In this document: positions 12,363 through 25,860 of the stretch, piece after piece
Layout: each line of letters opens with the position of its first letter
Position numbering within the stretch: the stretch's first letter is position 1
The notes under the pieces: generated by a model
What the model was told of the DNA's origin: nothing
Databases searched by the model: none
Seen by the model: the letters and a program-made list of their open reading frames with translations, nothing else
Assembly: GCF_018977255.1 (NCBI RefSeq)
Contig: NW_024704742.1
Coordinates: forward strand, 121,274,001-121,338,000
Length of the DNA stretch: 64,000 nucleotides
Source: Callorhinchus milii
Taxonomy: Eukaryota
Reading direction: 5' to 3'
Program-made: the position numbers and the translations under genes

Positions 12363-15199
12363 TCCAAAAGAGTTACCAAGTGAATGTGATGAGTCATAGA
12401 AATAAGCTTGTTTTTTTCCTCACCACACTGCAAACGCATAATATGAGCATCGCTTTGGGGCAGAACAAGCTGGGTGATGGTGCAATATATTACCTTCATT
12501 GCACAATGCATGATCTGGCACCCACAAAAGATTTTGCCTTCAGAAGCCACAGAAGTACAAAATGAAATGGTTTTCGTGTCTGCATTGAACAGCTGGTGTG
12601 GCTACGACTAATCAAACAATACATCTATCTGCTGGTGTGTGAAGCAGATAGGCTTGCTGCTTCCTGATGCTTCCACATCCTGCAATGCAAAACTCTGTTC
12701 TCATTAAAATCCACAAATCCTGCACATTTCAGTGCAGAATCATTCATGGAGAATTTACTTACAGTCAGAAACTATTACATTAAATTGCCTCACACCTGTA
12801 TAAAACTGCTTCATAGTTTCAGCAAACAATTTGACGTGAGGCTAGTTTCAATGTGAAACTAACAAAGGCTTCATTATCTGGCAGCTGTTTTTTTTTAGCA
12901 GATTTTAAGCTGACGTTCAGAAGCTGCACATTTGTTCGGACAGTGAAGCAAACACTTGGTTTAAATCAAACTGAGTAGCATGTATTTTAGGAGCTCACGT
13001 AGGGCAAAGGCAGACAAGACAAAAGTTGCACATTTTAGGCTGGAAAATCTCTTATTTGTTTCTCCTTTGGGCCTGTGCATTGACAAGCATATCAAACTTC
13101 TCTTTGGGACTACACTGCATTCTGAATTGTTTCTGCATCTTTCAACATTTCCAGTAGAATCTGCAGGGATGTCTCCAGACATTCACCCCCAAGAGAAAGC
13201 TATGTTACACATAACTGTACTCAACACCAAGTATCTTGACTAGTCTCAGCAGGGATTTTCTTCTTATGGATCTGCCTAAACAGTGGAACATTTGGTTGGG
13301 TTTGCAGTCCTGTTGGAATTTAAGTCAACCTATGGGAATGCTGCTCTAGAAGAATCCCATTGGAGGGAGTTTCCGCAAGTTGATGTGACGTACTTCTGAA
13401 TATCATAGTGAATCCTCATTTGTGTGACCTGGATTTCTTAAGAAACCCAGTAATGAAAAAAACACAAATCAGAGCAAATTAACACCATTCTATCGTGTTC
13501 TGGCTACCTTTGAAGCACCCGGGCAAATTATTTGACAGAGAAACCGACTATTAATATATTTAGTTGTGACACTTTCACAATGAGTGCTTTCAGCAATTTT
13601 TGACAGCAAAAGTTTCCAAATGTGCAGTCAGGTGAAAGTGCAACACACTAAGGAATCTGCAAGCACTCACATTACATTAATTAGATTACATTGATGTTTG
13701 CCAATAAGATATCAACTGTTCTGAAGTTGCAGACTGGAAGGCCTAATGAGATTATGCTTATCTCCCTACTTGGTATATGGCAATGTAGAGCATTTATTGG
13801 GAACAATTAATCTTCACATCACCACTGCCAACCAAGTATAATAAATGCTAGGGCATGACCTAATCATGGTTAAGCTTCCTCTATGAATTCTGGAACCTGA
13901 GCTGAATGAATTACAACCATTCGATTTTAATTGTTCCACAGATCTTACTCAGATGCCTTTATTTCGTTGAGTCTTGACATGAAACAACATGGCAGTGTGT
14001 TCACTAGATGTTGAGTCTAGACCATGATGAGGAAGCTTTCATCAGTCTTTGTGGACTTCCAGTCTTCCATTCATTGTGAATCTTAGCTCCTTGATCTCAT
14101 TGCTTCACACAATTGTTGTAGGTCAATCTGATTCACAGCAACTGATATACCTTCCTCAATCACTCATGGCTTGGTACTTGTTAATAATATACTCAACACA
14201 GAAGTCCAACCTATACACAGTAACATAGCCATGAAGTGAAAATTATTATCTTTAATTAATTACTATCAGTGACCATCTTGATGAATGTGGTTGAAACTGT
14301 TGATAACAAAAGTGACCACTCTGGGGATCAGGACCAGAGTTCGAAACCTATTAGAAAGGTCATGGTTGCGCAGATGGATCTTAGATTTAGTGGGAACGTA
14401 ACACAAAGATGTGGCTACGTAAACGGAAACCTCTGCATTCTTTTCTTCAAATAGCTGGTCATACCCCTGAGATTACTGGCCACCCCATCAGATTTGCTTA
14501 ATTCTCTGAAAACACTACCAGATGTTACCAGGCCTTTATAAACAGGTAGAGACCTACTCACTTTACTGTATCTAACACTAAAGTTGTGCTTCTTATCAAT
14601 CAAGATAGAACATAATAACAATCCTTGCAGTTGATATAGCACCTTTTACATCTGGAGGACATCTCAAAGCGCTTCACAGCGATTTACTTATAGAATGAAG
14701 TTACTGGAAATATTTAATGACTCAGCTAAGTACTGATCAACGTACACATTTGCAGATTCAGCAGTTATCAACCTGAAAACTCAATAACTGCTACAAAAAG
14801 AATTCTTGCATTTGATATACCATATCACATCATCAAGATGTCTCAAAGTGCATCGTAAGATACACTGTGGTGCGATGTGTGTTTTTGTGGGTTAATTTAT
14901 TTTTTAGCGGCAGCCAATTAATAAAAGAATGCTGGTCTTACATCTGAAAGCCTCTGCTGTTATCATGATTCTTAAATCACTTATTTTGTAATTGCTGAGG
15001 CCTTGCTTTGAGGAGGGTTTGTCCAGTGTACATCTCTTTCTGTCTCATTATGGTTTTTTATTCAGTTTCATTCCATTTCATTATGTTTCAAATGTAATTT
15101 GTTGTTGCTCTGCTGCAGATCGCAACCCAGAAACCTCTGCTGTCAACAAGCTACTCAGTGGTGGTGAGAACAACATTGCTGAAAGTGACTGTCTGTCTT

Positions 15200-15400
15200 C
15201 CCCACCTTCCAGCAGGGGTCACTGCCTATCAATGAAGAGGCAGAACTTCCTTTACTCAGGGTACAAGTTCCAATTGTAACACTCACTACAGCTTTACCAA
15301 ATGAGATCAGCACAGACTAGGGATCCAACTGGAGACTATCTGAGTCTATGCAGCTGAGTTCCACTGGCAAGTGAACTTTACCAAGTGGGCGTTAAGGGGA
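15200..15400 (-). mobile_element. LF-SINE-like fragment
   Basis: ccagcaggggtcactg, gagatcagcacagac and gctgagttccac motifs are inverse homologues of the copies at 35.7 and 52.6 kb. Confidence 0.5.
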
Positions 15401-17899
15401 GGTAATAAAATCCTTCACAAGCTGAACACCGTTCCTGTCTTGAAATCATTCCTGTGCGTTCAAGTTTGTTTTTTTTAAAAAAATAAATGATGTACCGTGG
15501 ATTTAGGGAGCAGTTTTATTCCTTCCTGCCAGACAGGGTTAGTGATTGTATACAACTCAAGCAATTCTCACTAAGGGAAAACACAGCCCTATGTACAATA
15601 TAAATATGATACACAGTTGGGACTAGCGATGCATACACAAATAAACTACCTCAGGAGTTAGGCCTACAACCAGTGCCAATTGCACTGAAGCATTAGGCTC
15701 AGAATTACTTAGTGCCTTATTTCCCAAGAAACTATGGTTCCCCATTCTCCATACCACATACTGCATATGCAATCCTTCAGCAGCTAAGAACGTGACTGTA
15801 GAGCTGTGCAGAGTTGAGTCCTGTTCTATTTTTAATATCAATTGAGGTTTTCCATTTTGTCAGAATTACAATGCTCACTAAGCAGACCATGCTCAGCAAT
15901 CTTTCTTCACACAGTTTTGTTTACCACATAAACTTCCTCCATTCATAAAGATAGGGGCTCCAGCTTTCAGATTAGTCTCTCCGTTTCTCTCAGCACTGCC
16001 AAAGGTCAGGCCGGATCCCGTAACCATTTGTAAAGGTCAAACATGAGGCCATGTTTATTTTAGAGACTTTTTCTGCACATTATCTACAATTCACTCACCC
16101 TTCCAAACACGTGATTAGGATGCACACATTGTTCGTGTTTGTATTGAATTAAACGGTAAATCATTCTTATTAATGTACCAGATCCTGCTTCTAAAAAACA
16201 GCACTGGATCCAACTCCGTCCCTCCCAGCTATTTATGTGGAAAGATTACTCCTCCCAGCTCTTTCAAGCATTATTATTGCTTTGCTATTACTTAAATTGA
16301 TAGGTTACACCATGGAGTGTTATCTGGGAATGATAGAAATAGTGTTAACATCTCCATGCTGTTTTGTCAATTTTTTTAAAAACTTCTATTTTGCTTTTTT
16401 TTATTATTGAGAAATGCTGAAGCCCTGTAGGACACCACCAAGGTTGAAAAGGGTAGGAAAGAAGGTGAGATAAACCAAAGGTTATACTACAATATATAAA
16501 TTATAAATATATAAACAGATTATAAAATATAATATGTAAACAGAAACTTCTGGAACTGACCAGAACTAGTTCATGCAGCAAGAACACATGAATTGCTAGA
16601 CAAAAGACTAAGGTCCATATAGTTTGCCTTCCACCATCCTAGCAATCGCATGCACATGTCATGTCTCAAACCACATACTGTATCCCAAAATATTACTCGA
16701 GGTCTGGGAGGAGCTCCTGGCTCTTTGATGCCTTGTCCAGGAATAACCGGTGGTTTTAAAATATCTGTGTGAAATTAGGGCCCCAAATTCCAGCCAAACA
16801 TTTGTAGAGTTAATGAAGAAATATGGAGAATAAAAAATAGTGCATTTATGCTAAAATGGGCCATGGTGTTTGAAACTGTTGCCTTCCCCTCAACTCCTCC
16901 TGAGGCAATTGTTTAATCCTCAATGCAGCGGTATATTTCCCAACCACCAGGGGTGGATGGTCCCTTTGAACAATTGCTCTTAAAATGGGCAACCTCCTTT
17001 CAAAGTGACAGGGGACCGACGGGCTGCAGATGAAATGGCTCCAGGCATCAGAGAGCAAATTATGGCTTACATTGCATCGCAGAACAAAGAGGAACCAAGA
17101 TCTGAGTCACAATGATGCTGTGGAAAACCTTAAAACTCCCCAAGAACATAAACTACCTTGTTTTCTCCCCACTTTGCCAACATTTGTATATCTCTGTAAT
17201 AACTTTCAATTTCTCACACTCCTCTTCAGAAGATGCTTTCATATACACATCACTTTATGCTCCACCCCGGGGAATTACAATGCCTGCTGAAACTCCTTCC
17301 CACGTGCGGTTCTTACATGCTGCAGCCTGGTGAAGCTCCACACCTCCCCTGTTAGAGAGCATCTGGCACGTTAGGATGTGATTTGTTATGTTGCTTCCCA
17401 CTTGCTGGACAGTTCTAGGAAGGATGTCCCTGCGCTGGAATATCTGAGCACAACTGAACTGGCACAAAACAAAGCTAAACTGGCATTTGTTCCTTCCGTA
17501 TCTGTCTACCGTAGTTTTGACTCTGAAACTAATCCTCGATTTTGTTTACTCTTAACAGGATACTGCACTTTCATACTGTCACAGCTGAGATTGGCGTTTC
17601 ACTTCTAAGGCACTGATACCCACATGATGCACTTTCCAGATTGTCACCAGAGAACAGTAATATTAATAATCATTACATTTGATATGGCTCTACAACGTCT
17701 GACCATCCTAAATATTTCACAGGTGGCTGCCGCCAAGTGTTTCGTAAAAACCATTAGTTAATCCAGGAGAGTGACTCTTTGGAGCCAATGAGCAGGAATG
17801 GAAGACCAGCTGATTTGCCTCTCGCTTTCACCTCCTTTTCCTTCCCCTCAGTAGCCCAAGGCAACATTACCCCACCTGTTCTCCCAGCTCAGGCCAGTT

Positions 17900-18300
17900 T
17901 GGAACAACAAATTGGATTTATATATAGCGCTTTTCACTTCAGGAGGATGTCCCAAGGCGCTGGACAATCAAGCATTTGCACCTGAGCGTCAAGAGGGGTA
18001 AAGGGTGGGGGTTGGGGGAGAGATTAAAGCACGGTCAAAGAGGAAGGTCTTAAGATGGAACTTGAAGGAGGCGAGGGAAGGGCTGAAGTGAAGAGAAAAG
18101 CTGACAGCCCGACCACCGATAATGGGGCAGGCAGGGTGGGGGATGTGAAGCAGGCCAGTGCCTGGCAAGCAGAGGGAGTGGGCAGGTTGGTAGGGGACAA
18201 GGATCTTGAGCTCAATGCTATGGGAGCTGGGGAGCCAGTAGAACTGGGCAAAGATGGGGGTGATAGGCTCGTGGAACCTGGTGCGGGAACAGACCAAAAT
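17900..18300 (-). mobile_element. L2 LINE 3' fragment
   Basis: SRTRFHEPITPIFAQFYWLP...IIGGRA...FKFHLKTFLFDRA peptide and L2 tail. Confidence 0.85.
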
Positions 18301-19974
18301 TGAGCCATACAGACCAAGAAAATATTGCACAGCTTAAAAATATTAAAACTTTTTTGTGGATTTTTGATCCTAAAAGATTTGGAATGATTTCCAGTAATCA
18401 TCTCTTGCAGAGCACTAACTGGTCCTTTCAGTGATGCACGTATTTAAGTGATTGTGAAATGACAGAACACAAATATACCACAGTCCAGTTCTGAAGATCC
18501 TGCAATCTTCGGGCATTTGTTCATAAATTCCTAATTACTTTTTGCAGGCAGTACAGTAGTTACAAAGGTCCTTTGCCTGTGTGGGTGGAGACAGTGTTTA
18601 GAGATGTGTCATTACTTCTGATTTTTTTTGAATCAAGAGAGGTCAACAGTTTAAGTTCATTAAGTTATTTAAACAAAGAAAACTGGCAACAGTGAAATCT
18701 TAGGATGAAGGGGTCAGTTTGAAGCAGAACCATTTGTTCCTATAAATTAAGGAAAACAATTGATTAGTTTAATTTTACTTTAGAGTAGGTTTTTCTAACA
18801 GTTTCACATGCAGGCTGTTTAGCTTCTGAGATATATGATCAAAGTTTGCTGCCCTATTCAACATCCTGAAGGAATTGCTTGTCAACAGTAGCCTTTTACT
18901 GCCTACGTTTCCTGAGGAAGTTGATATACTCAAGTGAATGACGTTGTAATCTAAAATGGGACAGATCTCTAGCCTTCACTAACCATAGCCAATTTCTTCT
19001 GAGAATCATTTCAACCAAGAGTGGTCATCTTGGACCTACATAAAAGTGCAAGGGACTACTTTAATCTAAGGTAGCTAAATTAATCATATTTCAAGCAGAC
19101 AATTCTACTCACTTTCATGAATAAAGTCATGAATTAAAATGACCAATACTACTGAAAGAAATTAAGGATAACAAAATATCAAAATCCACTTTACAATATA
19201 TATCCTACGAAGCGCTTTGAGACGTCTCAATGACATGAGAAGGTGCTATATCAAATGCAAGTGTTATTATTATTTATCTTCATTGCTCCACGGCATGTTT
19301 TGTTCCGGACAAACATGCCTAAAGATAGCCCTCATTTCAAAACCCTTCACTTTCTTTCCCACTCTGCCTGGCTGTACATAAAATGCATCTTGAGGAAATC
19401 AAATCAGTATTTGAGAAAGAAGAAACGCAAATGATACAGTGACAGACTAGGAATTTTGGATGAGAGCAGTTAGCTCCAATGGAAAGGCTAACACCAGCAG
19501 CAATTCAACAGGCTATTGAATACTTCCTTTGTTGTAATTTCTGATTTAACAGAAGCCAACAATCCCCCAACAAAATGATCATTCACTTCATGGCTACTTG
19601 TGAGACATTGCTGTGCATAAATTCATTGCCGTGTTTGCCCACAAAAACACCGTCACTCTATAGTAAATCCTGTGAAGCAGTTTGATATATCTTCCTGATG
19701 TAAAAGTCGCTATACCAAATGTAAAGATTATTTTAAATACAGTACTGCACAACTAAGCATGGATCTAACTGTCACAACAATGTACAAAAAATGGTGGAGG
19801 GCAATTTAAAATAACTTAATATCTTTCTCAAAGGTTGTTTACTGGTAGATCATTTCATCCAATGCCCAATACATGCACATTTTCCAGCAGTGGTGATTAA
19901 ATAGAAATTAAATCTATTCCAGGAAACCAAGGCATATTGTAGCTTCCCTCATGCTATCCAGGTTCAGATCATCT

Positions 19975-20350
19975 AAATAATAATAATCTTTGCATTTGAT
20001 ATAGCATTGAGTTTCACGTCTTCCAGACATCTATAAGCGCTTCACAGAATATACTGTAAAGTGAATTGACTGTACATTTGTGGGCAAAACGCAGCAGTCA
20101 ATTGCGCACAGCAGTGTCCCACAAATAGCCGAGGATTGAGTGAACAATTTATTTGTTTTTTTTTAAGGATTGTTAGCCCCGGAAAAGCAATCCGCCAATC
20201 GACTAACAACCGGGTTTCTACTTACTGCTAGGTAATCAGAGGCATGTAGAGTAAGGAAACTTGCCTAACATTTTGTCCTACCGGGAATCAAACCCAGGTC
20301 TCTCGCTTCCGAGGTGAGCGCTCTAACCACTGAACTACAGGACTCCACAA
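19975..20350 (-). mobile_element. Second-family tRNA-derived SINE, full length and relatively young
   Basis: Pol III A box TAGTTCAGTGG (20337-20327), B box GGTTTGATTCC (~20293-20283), shared tail with (TTA)n. Confidence 0.85.
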
Positions 20351-20379
20351 TATAAATCTACACAAACTGGGAATCATGC

Positions 20380-20700
20380 TTCAGCCTGGCTCAGTTGGTA
20401 GTACTTTTTGGATGAGACATTAAACCGAGATTCTGTCTGCCTGTTCAGGTGGACATTAAAGATCCCATGGCACTACTTGAAAAGAGGAGGTTTCTCCTGG
20501 TGTCCTGGCAAACAATCCTCCAAACACAATTGGTCATTCACTTCATGGCTGTTTGTGGGATATTGCCGTGCACAAATTGGCTGCCACGCTTGCCCACAAA
20601 AAACATGGTCACTCGAATTTGCAGTATAACCCGTCAAGCACTTTGAGACGTCCTCCCATTGTGAAAGGCACTAGAGATAGTGTAAGGATTATTATCATAC
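20380..20700 (+). mobile_element. Deu-domain SINE with an internal deletion after the head
   Basis: ggctcagttggtagtact jumps directly to ttggatgagacattaaaccgag. Body and tail are present. Confidence 0.8.
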
Positions 20701-21649
20701 CTTGGACTCTATGGTACAGATCCATAACTGGCCAGTCAGTGACTTCACTACTTGTGCTGTTGGGATCCCAGGGACTATATATTTTTTAAAAAGTTGAAGA
20801 ATTGCCAGCACCTCCTAATAAACCCTGCAGATTTATAATCCACAATATTGCCTGACCACATTCAACTCTGCCACAAGATCTCAGAGAAACAGATTTGTTG
20901 AACTACAAGTGTAGTATCTTGATTCAATTAGTCTTAAAATTACAATATGAATATTTAAAAAAATTAATTGACCAAGTATACTGGTCCAGGGAGCCATCGA
21001 GGCTGGATAGGCCCTGAGCTGAACCCATTGTCTGCTGAGTTAGCCAAAATATTGACTGAGGAGTAAACGTAAACAAAGTCACCGTGTTATTGGAGAACAC
21101 CCCCATCTATCCATACTGCGAGCCACACAAATAGAGAACAATTATAAAGTACAGCCATAAACTCCGACAAGAATGCAATAAAACAGTCATATCAATCTTT
21201 TCCATCAGGAACTCCTTAAATAAAAACACTGAGAAGATTAATGATTATTTCTATTTTTCTGCGCACTGTGCATTTGCTGAGTTTAAAATTTTGATTTAAA
21301 CAAACACGGTCTGTTAAGTGACATTGAAGTAGTTGGAGTTACCAATTTTGCCAATTTAAAGGTACCGAATAGAAGGACAGTCGTTAAGCTAAGACCCTCG
21401 AGTCTTCCTCACTTCAACCACAGAGATAATTTAGCTGCTTAATCTCCTTGTAGTAAAGATCTCTAAAGTGAGTGCTCCTGATGAAACATGTACATTTATG
21501 GTTTCATTAGACACACATGAGAATTTATACAGGAAAAGATCACTGCATTCCACCTGGCTGGCAAAATAAAAACACGTGTACTTTTTCGGTCTCATTTCTT
21601 TGCCAAAGAGCAGGCTAAGACCCTCTTGAATTTGGACAAGTGCAAACTC

Positions 21650-22050
21650 ATCCAAATTGGATGGTTCCCGATCACCGAACGGATCGATTTCAAGATTCTC
21701 ACACCCATCTTCAAATCCCTTCATGCCTTGGCACCTCAACCCACTACCTGTTGGCTCCACTCGACTGGCTCCTGCTTATCCCTTGTGCCCACCGTTCCAC
21801 CAGTGGTGGCCATCCTTTAGCCAGTACTCCCCGAAACTCTGAAATACACTTCTTCCTCTATCCCTCCACCTTGCCCCCTCCTTCCCTAATATCGGGTCGC
21901 ACCTGAAGACCTTTGTCTTCGACCGTACCTATGATCACTTTCTCCTTCCCCCAGTTCGGTGTCGTGCTCCACCACTCAAGCGTTCCGAGAAGCGATAAGA
22001 GGCAAATTCCTGTGAGGGGCGCCGTATAAATTTGTTATACGCAAGTTGTT
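21650..22050 (+). mobile_element. Diverged L2 LINE 3' fragment
   Basis: WFPITERIDFKILTPIFKSLHALAP peptide and degenerate tail. Confidence 0.8.
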
Positions 22051-22439
22051 GAATTTTCTGAAACAATTTACCTTCATCATCTCCATGAATAGTCCACATC
22101 ATATATTCACCACTCGGTACAAAATAATCTCAACCGGCTGTTCACCTTTTCTCTTCTGTGCTAACAGAATTAGATGGTAAGGAAGAGAAATGCATTATAT
22201 TTAAGATGAATTTATGCCAAGGTATCATTATTAACAAGAGGACATCGACACAAGAGCTCACATAATCAACACACTTATCTACTTCAGCCGTCACTGCTCA
22301 GAACACACACTTGGAAGTTTACTACTGGGCTCCTACAAGAGTCCGTTAAATTGCACTCTGCTCCAGGGAGGATTTGCTATAATGGTAATTGTGCAGTTAG
22401 TATCAAGCACTGGCGTATTTCATGGTATTTGTCCAGCTA

Positions 22440-24105
22440 CAACAACAACAAGATTCCATTTATAAAGCGCCTTTCACGTCAGGAGGACGTCCCAAGGCGC
22501 TGCACAGTTGGGTCATGACCCGAGCAGGGGGGAAATGGTCAGGGTGAGGGGAGGGAAGGGAGGGAGCAAGGAGGGGGAAGAGAGTCGAGAGGGGAGCTGA
22601 AGGCTCGGTCAAAGAGAAAGGTTTTGAGACCGGCCTTGAAGGAGGAGAGGGAGGAAGCAAGGCGAAGGCACTGGGGGATGGAGTTCCAGAGCCTGGGGCT
22701 GAGAGGCTGAAGGCCCGACCACCGATGGTAGGGCGATTGGGGCGGGGGACGTGGAGCAGACCGGAGCCGGAGGAACGGAGGGTACGGGCAGGTAGGTAGG
22801 GGGATAGTAGGTCAGAGAGGTAGGAGGGAGCAAGGCCGTGAATGGCCTTGTAGGTGAGGATGAGGATCTTGAAATCAATCCTCTGGGGGATGGGGAGCCA
22901 GTGGAGGCGAGCGAGGGTGGGAGTGATGTGGTCGCGAAGCCTGGTGCGGGACAGTACACGAGCTGCAGAGTTCTGAATGACCTGCAGCTTGTGGAGGGAG
23001 GTGGGGGGAAGGCCGGCGAGGAGAGCGTTCCCATAGTCCAGCCTTGAGGTGACAAAGGCGTGGACCAGGGTTTCAGCAGCGTGAGGGGTGAGGTAGTGCC
23101 GTAGTCTGGCGATGTTCCGGAGGTGATGGAAGGCGGTGCCAGTTGTGGTGCGGATGTGAGGGAGAAAGGACAGCTCAGGGTCGAACAAAACGCCGAGGTT
23201 CCTGACTGGCTTTGAGAGGTGGAGAGTGCAGCCTTGGATGCTGATGGTGTCAGCGCCTGAGGTGCGGAGGCGCTGACGTGAGCCAATCAGGAGGGCCTCG
23301 GTTTTTCGCACGTTGAGCTGAAGAAAGTTGTCTCTCGTCCAGGACTCGATGTCGGACAGGCAGCTGTCAGGACATCGGTGGTCGTGGAGTTGAGAGTAGA
23401 GGAGGAAAGGTAGAGTTGGGTGTCATCCGCATACATGTGGAAGTTAACTCCATGTCTGCGGATGATGTCACCAAGGGGGAGCATATAGAGGGTGAAGAGG
23501 AGGGGACCGAGGACAGAGCCCTGAGGGACACCACATGAGACAGTGCGGGGGGTGGAGGAGAAGCCATTTGTCGAGACAAAGTGAAGACGGTGAGAAAGGT
23601 ACGACCTAAACCACTCAAGGACAGTGCCTTGAAGGTTGAGGTGGGAGGACAAGCGGTGGAGTAGGATAGCGTGGTCGACCGTATCGAATGCTGCCGATAG
23701 GTCGAGGAGGACGAGGAGGCAGAGGGAGCCCTGGTCACAGATGGTCAGGATATCATTGGTGACCTTGACCAGGGCAGTTTCTGTGCTATGGGCAGCACGG
23801 AAACCTGACTGAAGGGGTTCGAAAAGTGAATGGGTGGAAAGGAAAGAGCGCAGTTGGGAGGCGACAACTCTTTCCAGGACCTTGGAGAGAAAGGGGAGGT
23901 TGGAGATGGGCCGGTAGCTTGATAGCTGCGACGCATCAAGGGAGGGTTTTTTCAGGGTGGGCGTGATGGTGGCAGTTTTTAAGGGAATGGGGACAGAGCC
24001 AGAGGAGAGGGACAGGTTGATGATGTTGGTGATATGTGGGGCAAGAAAGTGGAGCTGGGATTTAAGGAGTGGAGTGGGGATGGGGTCAAGGGAGCAGGTG
24101 GTTGG
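22440..24105 (-). mobile_element. Young L2-clade LINE, 5'-truncated, with whole RT domain and 3' tail
   Basis: ORFs 23287-24192 and 22460-23311 contain [47 protein letters not shown] and YADD (23433-23422). Only two apparent 1-nt frameshifts (~23364, ~22693). (TTG)n tail at the left end. Confidence 0.97.
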
Positions 24106-24167
24106 TTTCAGTGCTAGGTTTGTTTTACCAGTTAGGATTTGGTTCACAGGGTTAAGAACTTGTCTGC

Positions 24168-24607
24168 TCGAATTCAAGATCCTCACCCTCACCTACAAGG
24201 CCATTCACGGCCTTGCTCCCTCCTACCTCTCCGACCTATCCCCCTACCTACCCGCCCGTACCCTCCGTTCCTCTGGCTCCGGTCTGCTCCACATCCCCCG
24301 CCCCAACCGCCCTACTATCGGTGGCCGGGCCTTCAGCCTCTCAGCCCCTAGGCTCTGGAACTCTATCCCCCAGTGCCTTTGCCTTGCCTCCTCCCTTTCC
24401 TCCTTCAAGGCCGATCTCAAGACCTTTCTCTTTGACCGTGCCTTCAGCTCCCCTCTCGACTCTCTACCCCCTCCTCGCTCCCTCCCTTCCCTCCCCTCAC
24501 CCTGACCATTTCCCCCCTGCTCGGGTCCTGACCCAACTGTACAGCGCCTTGGGACATCCTCCCGACGTGAAAGGCGCTCAATAAGTGGAATCTTGTTGTT
24601 GTTGTTG
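24168..24607 (+). mobile_element. Young L2 LINE 3' fragment of the same subfamily, opposite orientation
   Basis: About 94% identical by manual alignment to the reverse complement of 22441-22875. Encodes [20 protein letters not shown]...FKADLKTFLFDRAF and ends in (TTG)n. Confidence 0.95.
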
Positions 24608-24759
24608 CTCCTCGTAAGTCCCATGGAAGAGGCAGACAGGCGGATCAACTATCAAAGACACATTGGATTATTGCCATGTGCAATTTATCTGAGTCAGGTC
24701 AAAACCAGAGATTATCGAGATTATTAGTTATTCTGTCCCCTAATAATCTTCCTTGAAGA

Positions 24760-25860
24760 TTGTTTTTTGTGAAAAAAGACATGAAACACAATCAGAACAC
24801 CCCTGAACTTCCCCTGGTCTAAGGAATATAATCCCTGTCCACTAATTGTTGCATATTTTAGCACTCTCAGACCAGGCATTAGTTTAATGAACCAATACTA
24901 GTATATTTTTCCTGATATCCAAAGCTGAAGTTTTCCAAATGAGATCTGACAAATATCCTTTAAACCTGTAGAAGCATCTCCTTACTTTCATATTCCAGAC
25001 TTCTTGTAATAAAATACATCCCATTTGATTTCTCTGCTTTTACACCTGTGAATTAATTTCATTGACATCTGAATTTGAAGCCATAGATCTGTCCTAGTGC
25101 TTCGTTTCAGAACATACTCACAATCTCTATTCTTCCATCCCAAGTACACCATTAGCTCACATTTTACAATGTTAAGAACCATCCATCATGATTCTGTCCA
25201 CTTGCTTAATTTCCGTTTCTTTTTTTGGCTATCCTCTTCACAATTTGGAACACCTTCTCGCTAGTGTCATCTGCAAATATTCCCCTTTTCCCGTATCCAG
25301 GTCACCGATACATATGGTGTGGGGCAGAGGGTTGTGGAGGTGGTTAGTTGGGGTGTCCCAGCACCAATCCCTTGGGGACACCACTTGTCACCACCTGCCA
25401 ATCAGAAAACGCACTTTTTATACCAACTCTGTCTCCCATGTCCCAAACAATTTCCTATCTATGACAATTTGATATACAATAATGCCTTCAATGCAATAAT
25501 TTCAACTAATAATAATTTCATGGCACTTTATCAAATGATTTCTGAAAACTCATACATTGTGCCCCTTTATCTATCACTTCTGGATCTCAGAACTAATATT
25601 AGATTTATGAGACATGAACTTCACAAACCCTTGTTGACTCTTCATTATATATGCATATTTATCTAGATTATCAGTTATTCTATCCCCTGTGATGGATTCC
25701 AGTAATTTGCTCTCCACTGATCTTAAACTCAAAGGCCTATAGTTGCTTGCTTTGTCCTTTCCACTCCTTGAATGAAAGAGTTAGATTTGCTGTCCTTCAA
25801 TCTTCTGGTACAATTCCCAAACCTATTGAACTTGAGAAAATAATAATTAAAGCCTTAGAC
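24760..25860 (-). mobile_element. Old, degenerate CR1 LINE RT fragment
   Basis: Minus strand gtgacaagtggtgtccccaagggattggtgctggg (VTSGVP..VLG-like) near 25360-25390, and NYRP near 25735-25746. Confidence 0.65.

Noticed and set aside
20280..20350. tRNA gene
   Set aside because: A and B boxes are present but continue directly into a SINE body and tail. This is a tRNA-derived SINE head.
23287..24192. 301 aa RT ORF as a retron, DGR, group II intron or domesticated RT gene
   Set aside because: Motifs, 3' tail and multiple sibling fragments identify an ordinary L2 LINE. It is 5'-truncated and frameshifted, and the ORF's N-terminus runs through linker DNA.
23957..24505. 182 aa plus-strand ORF spanning the L2 junction as a chimeric gene
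   Set aside because: It is a chance read-through of antisense L2, the linker and the sense L2 C-terminus. No promoter or splice evidence.
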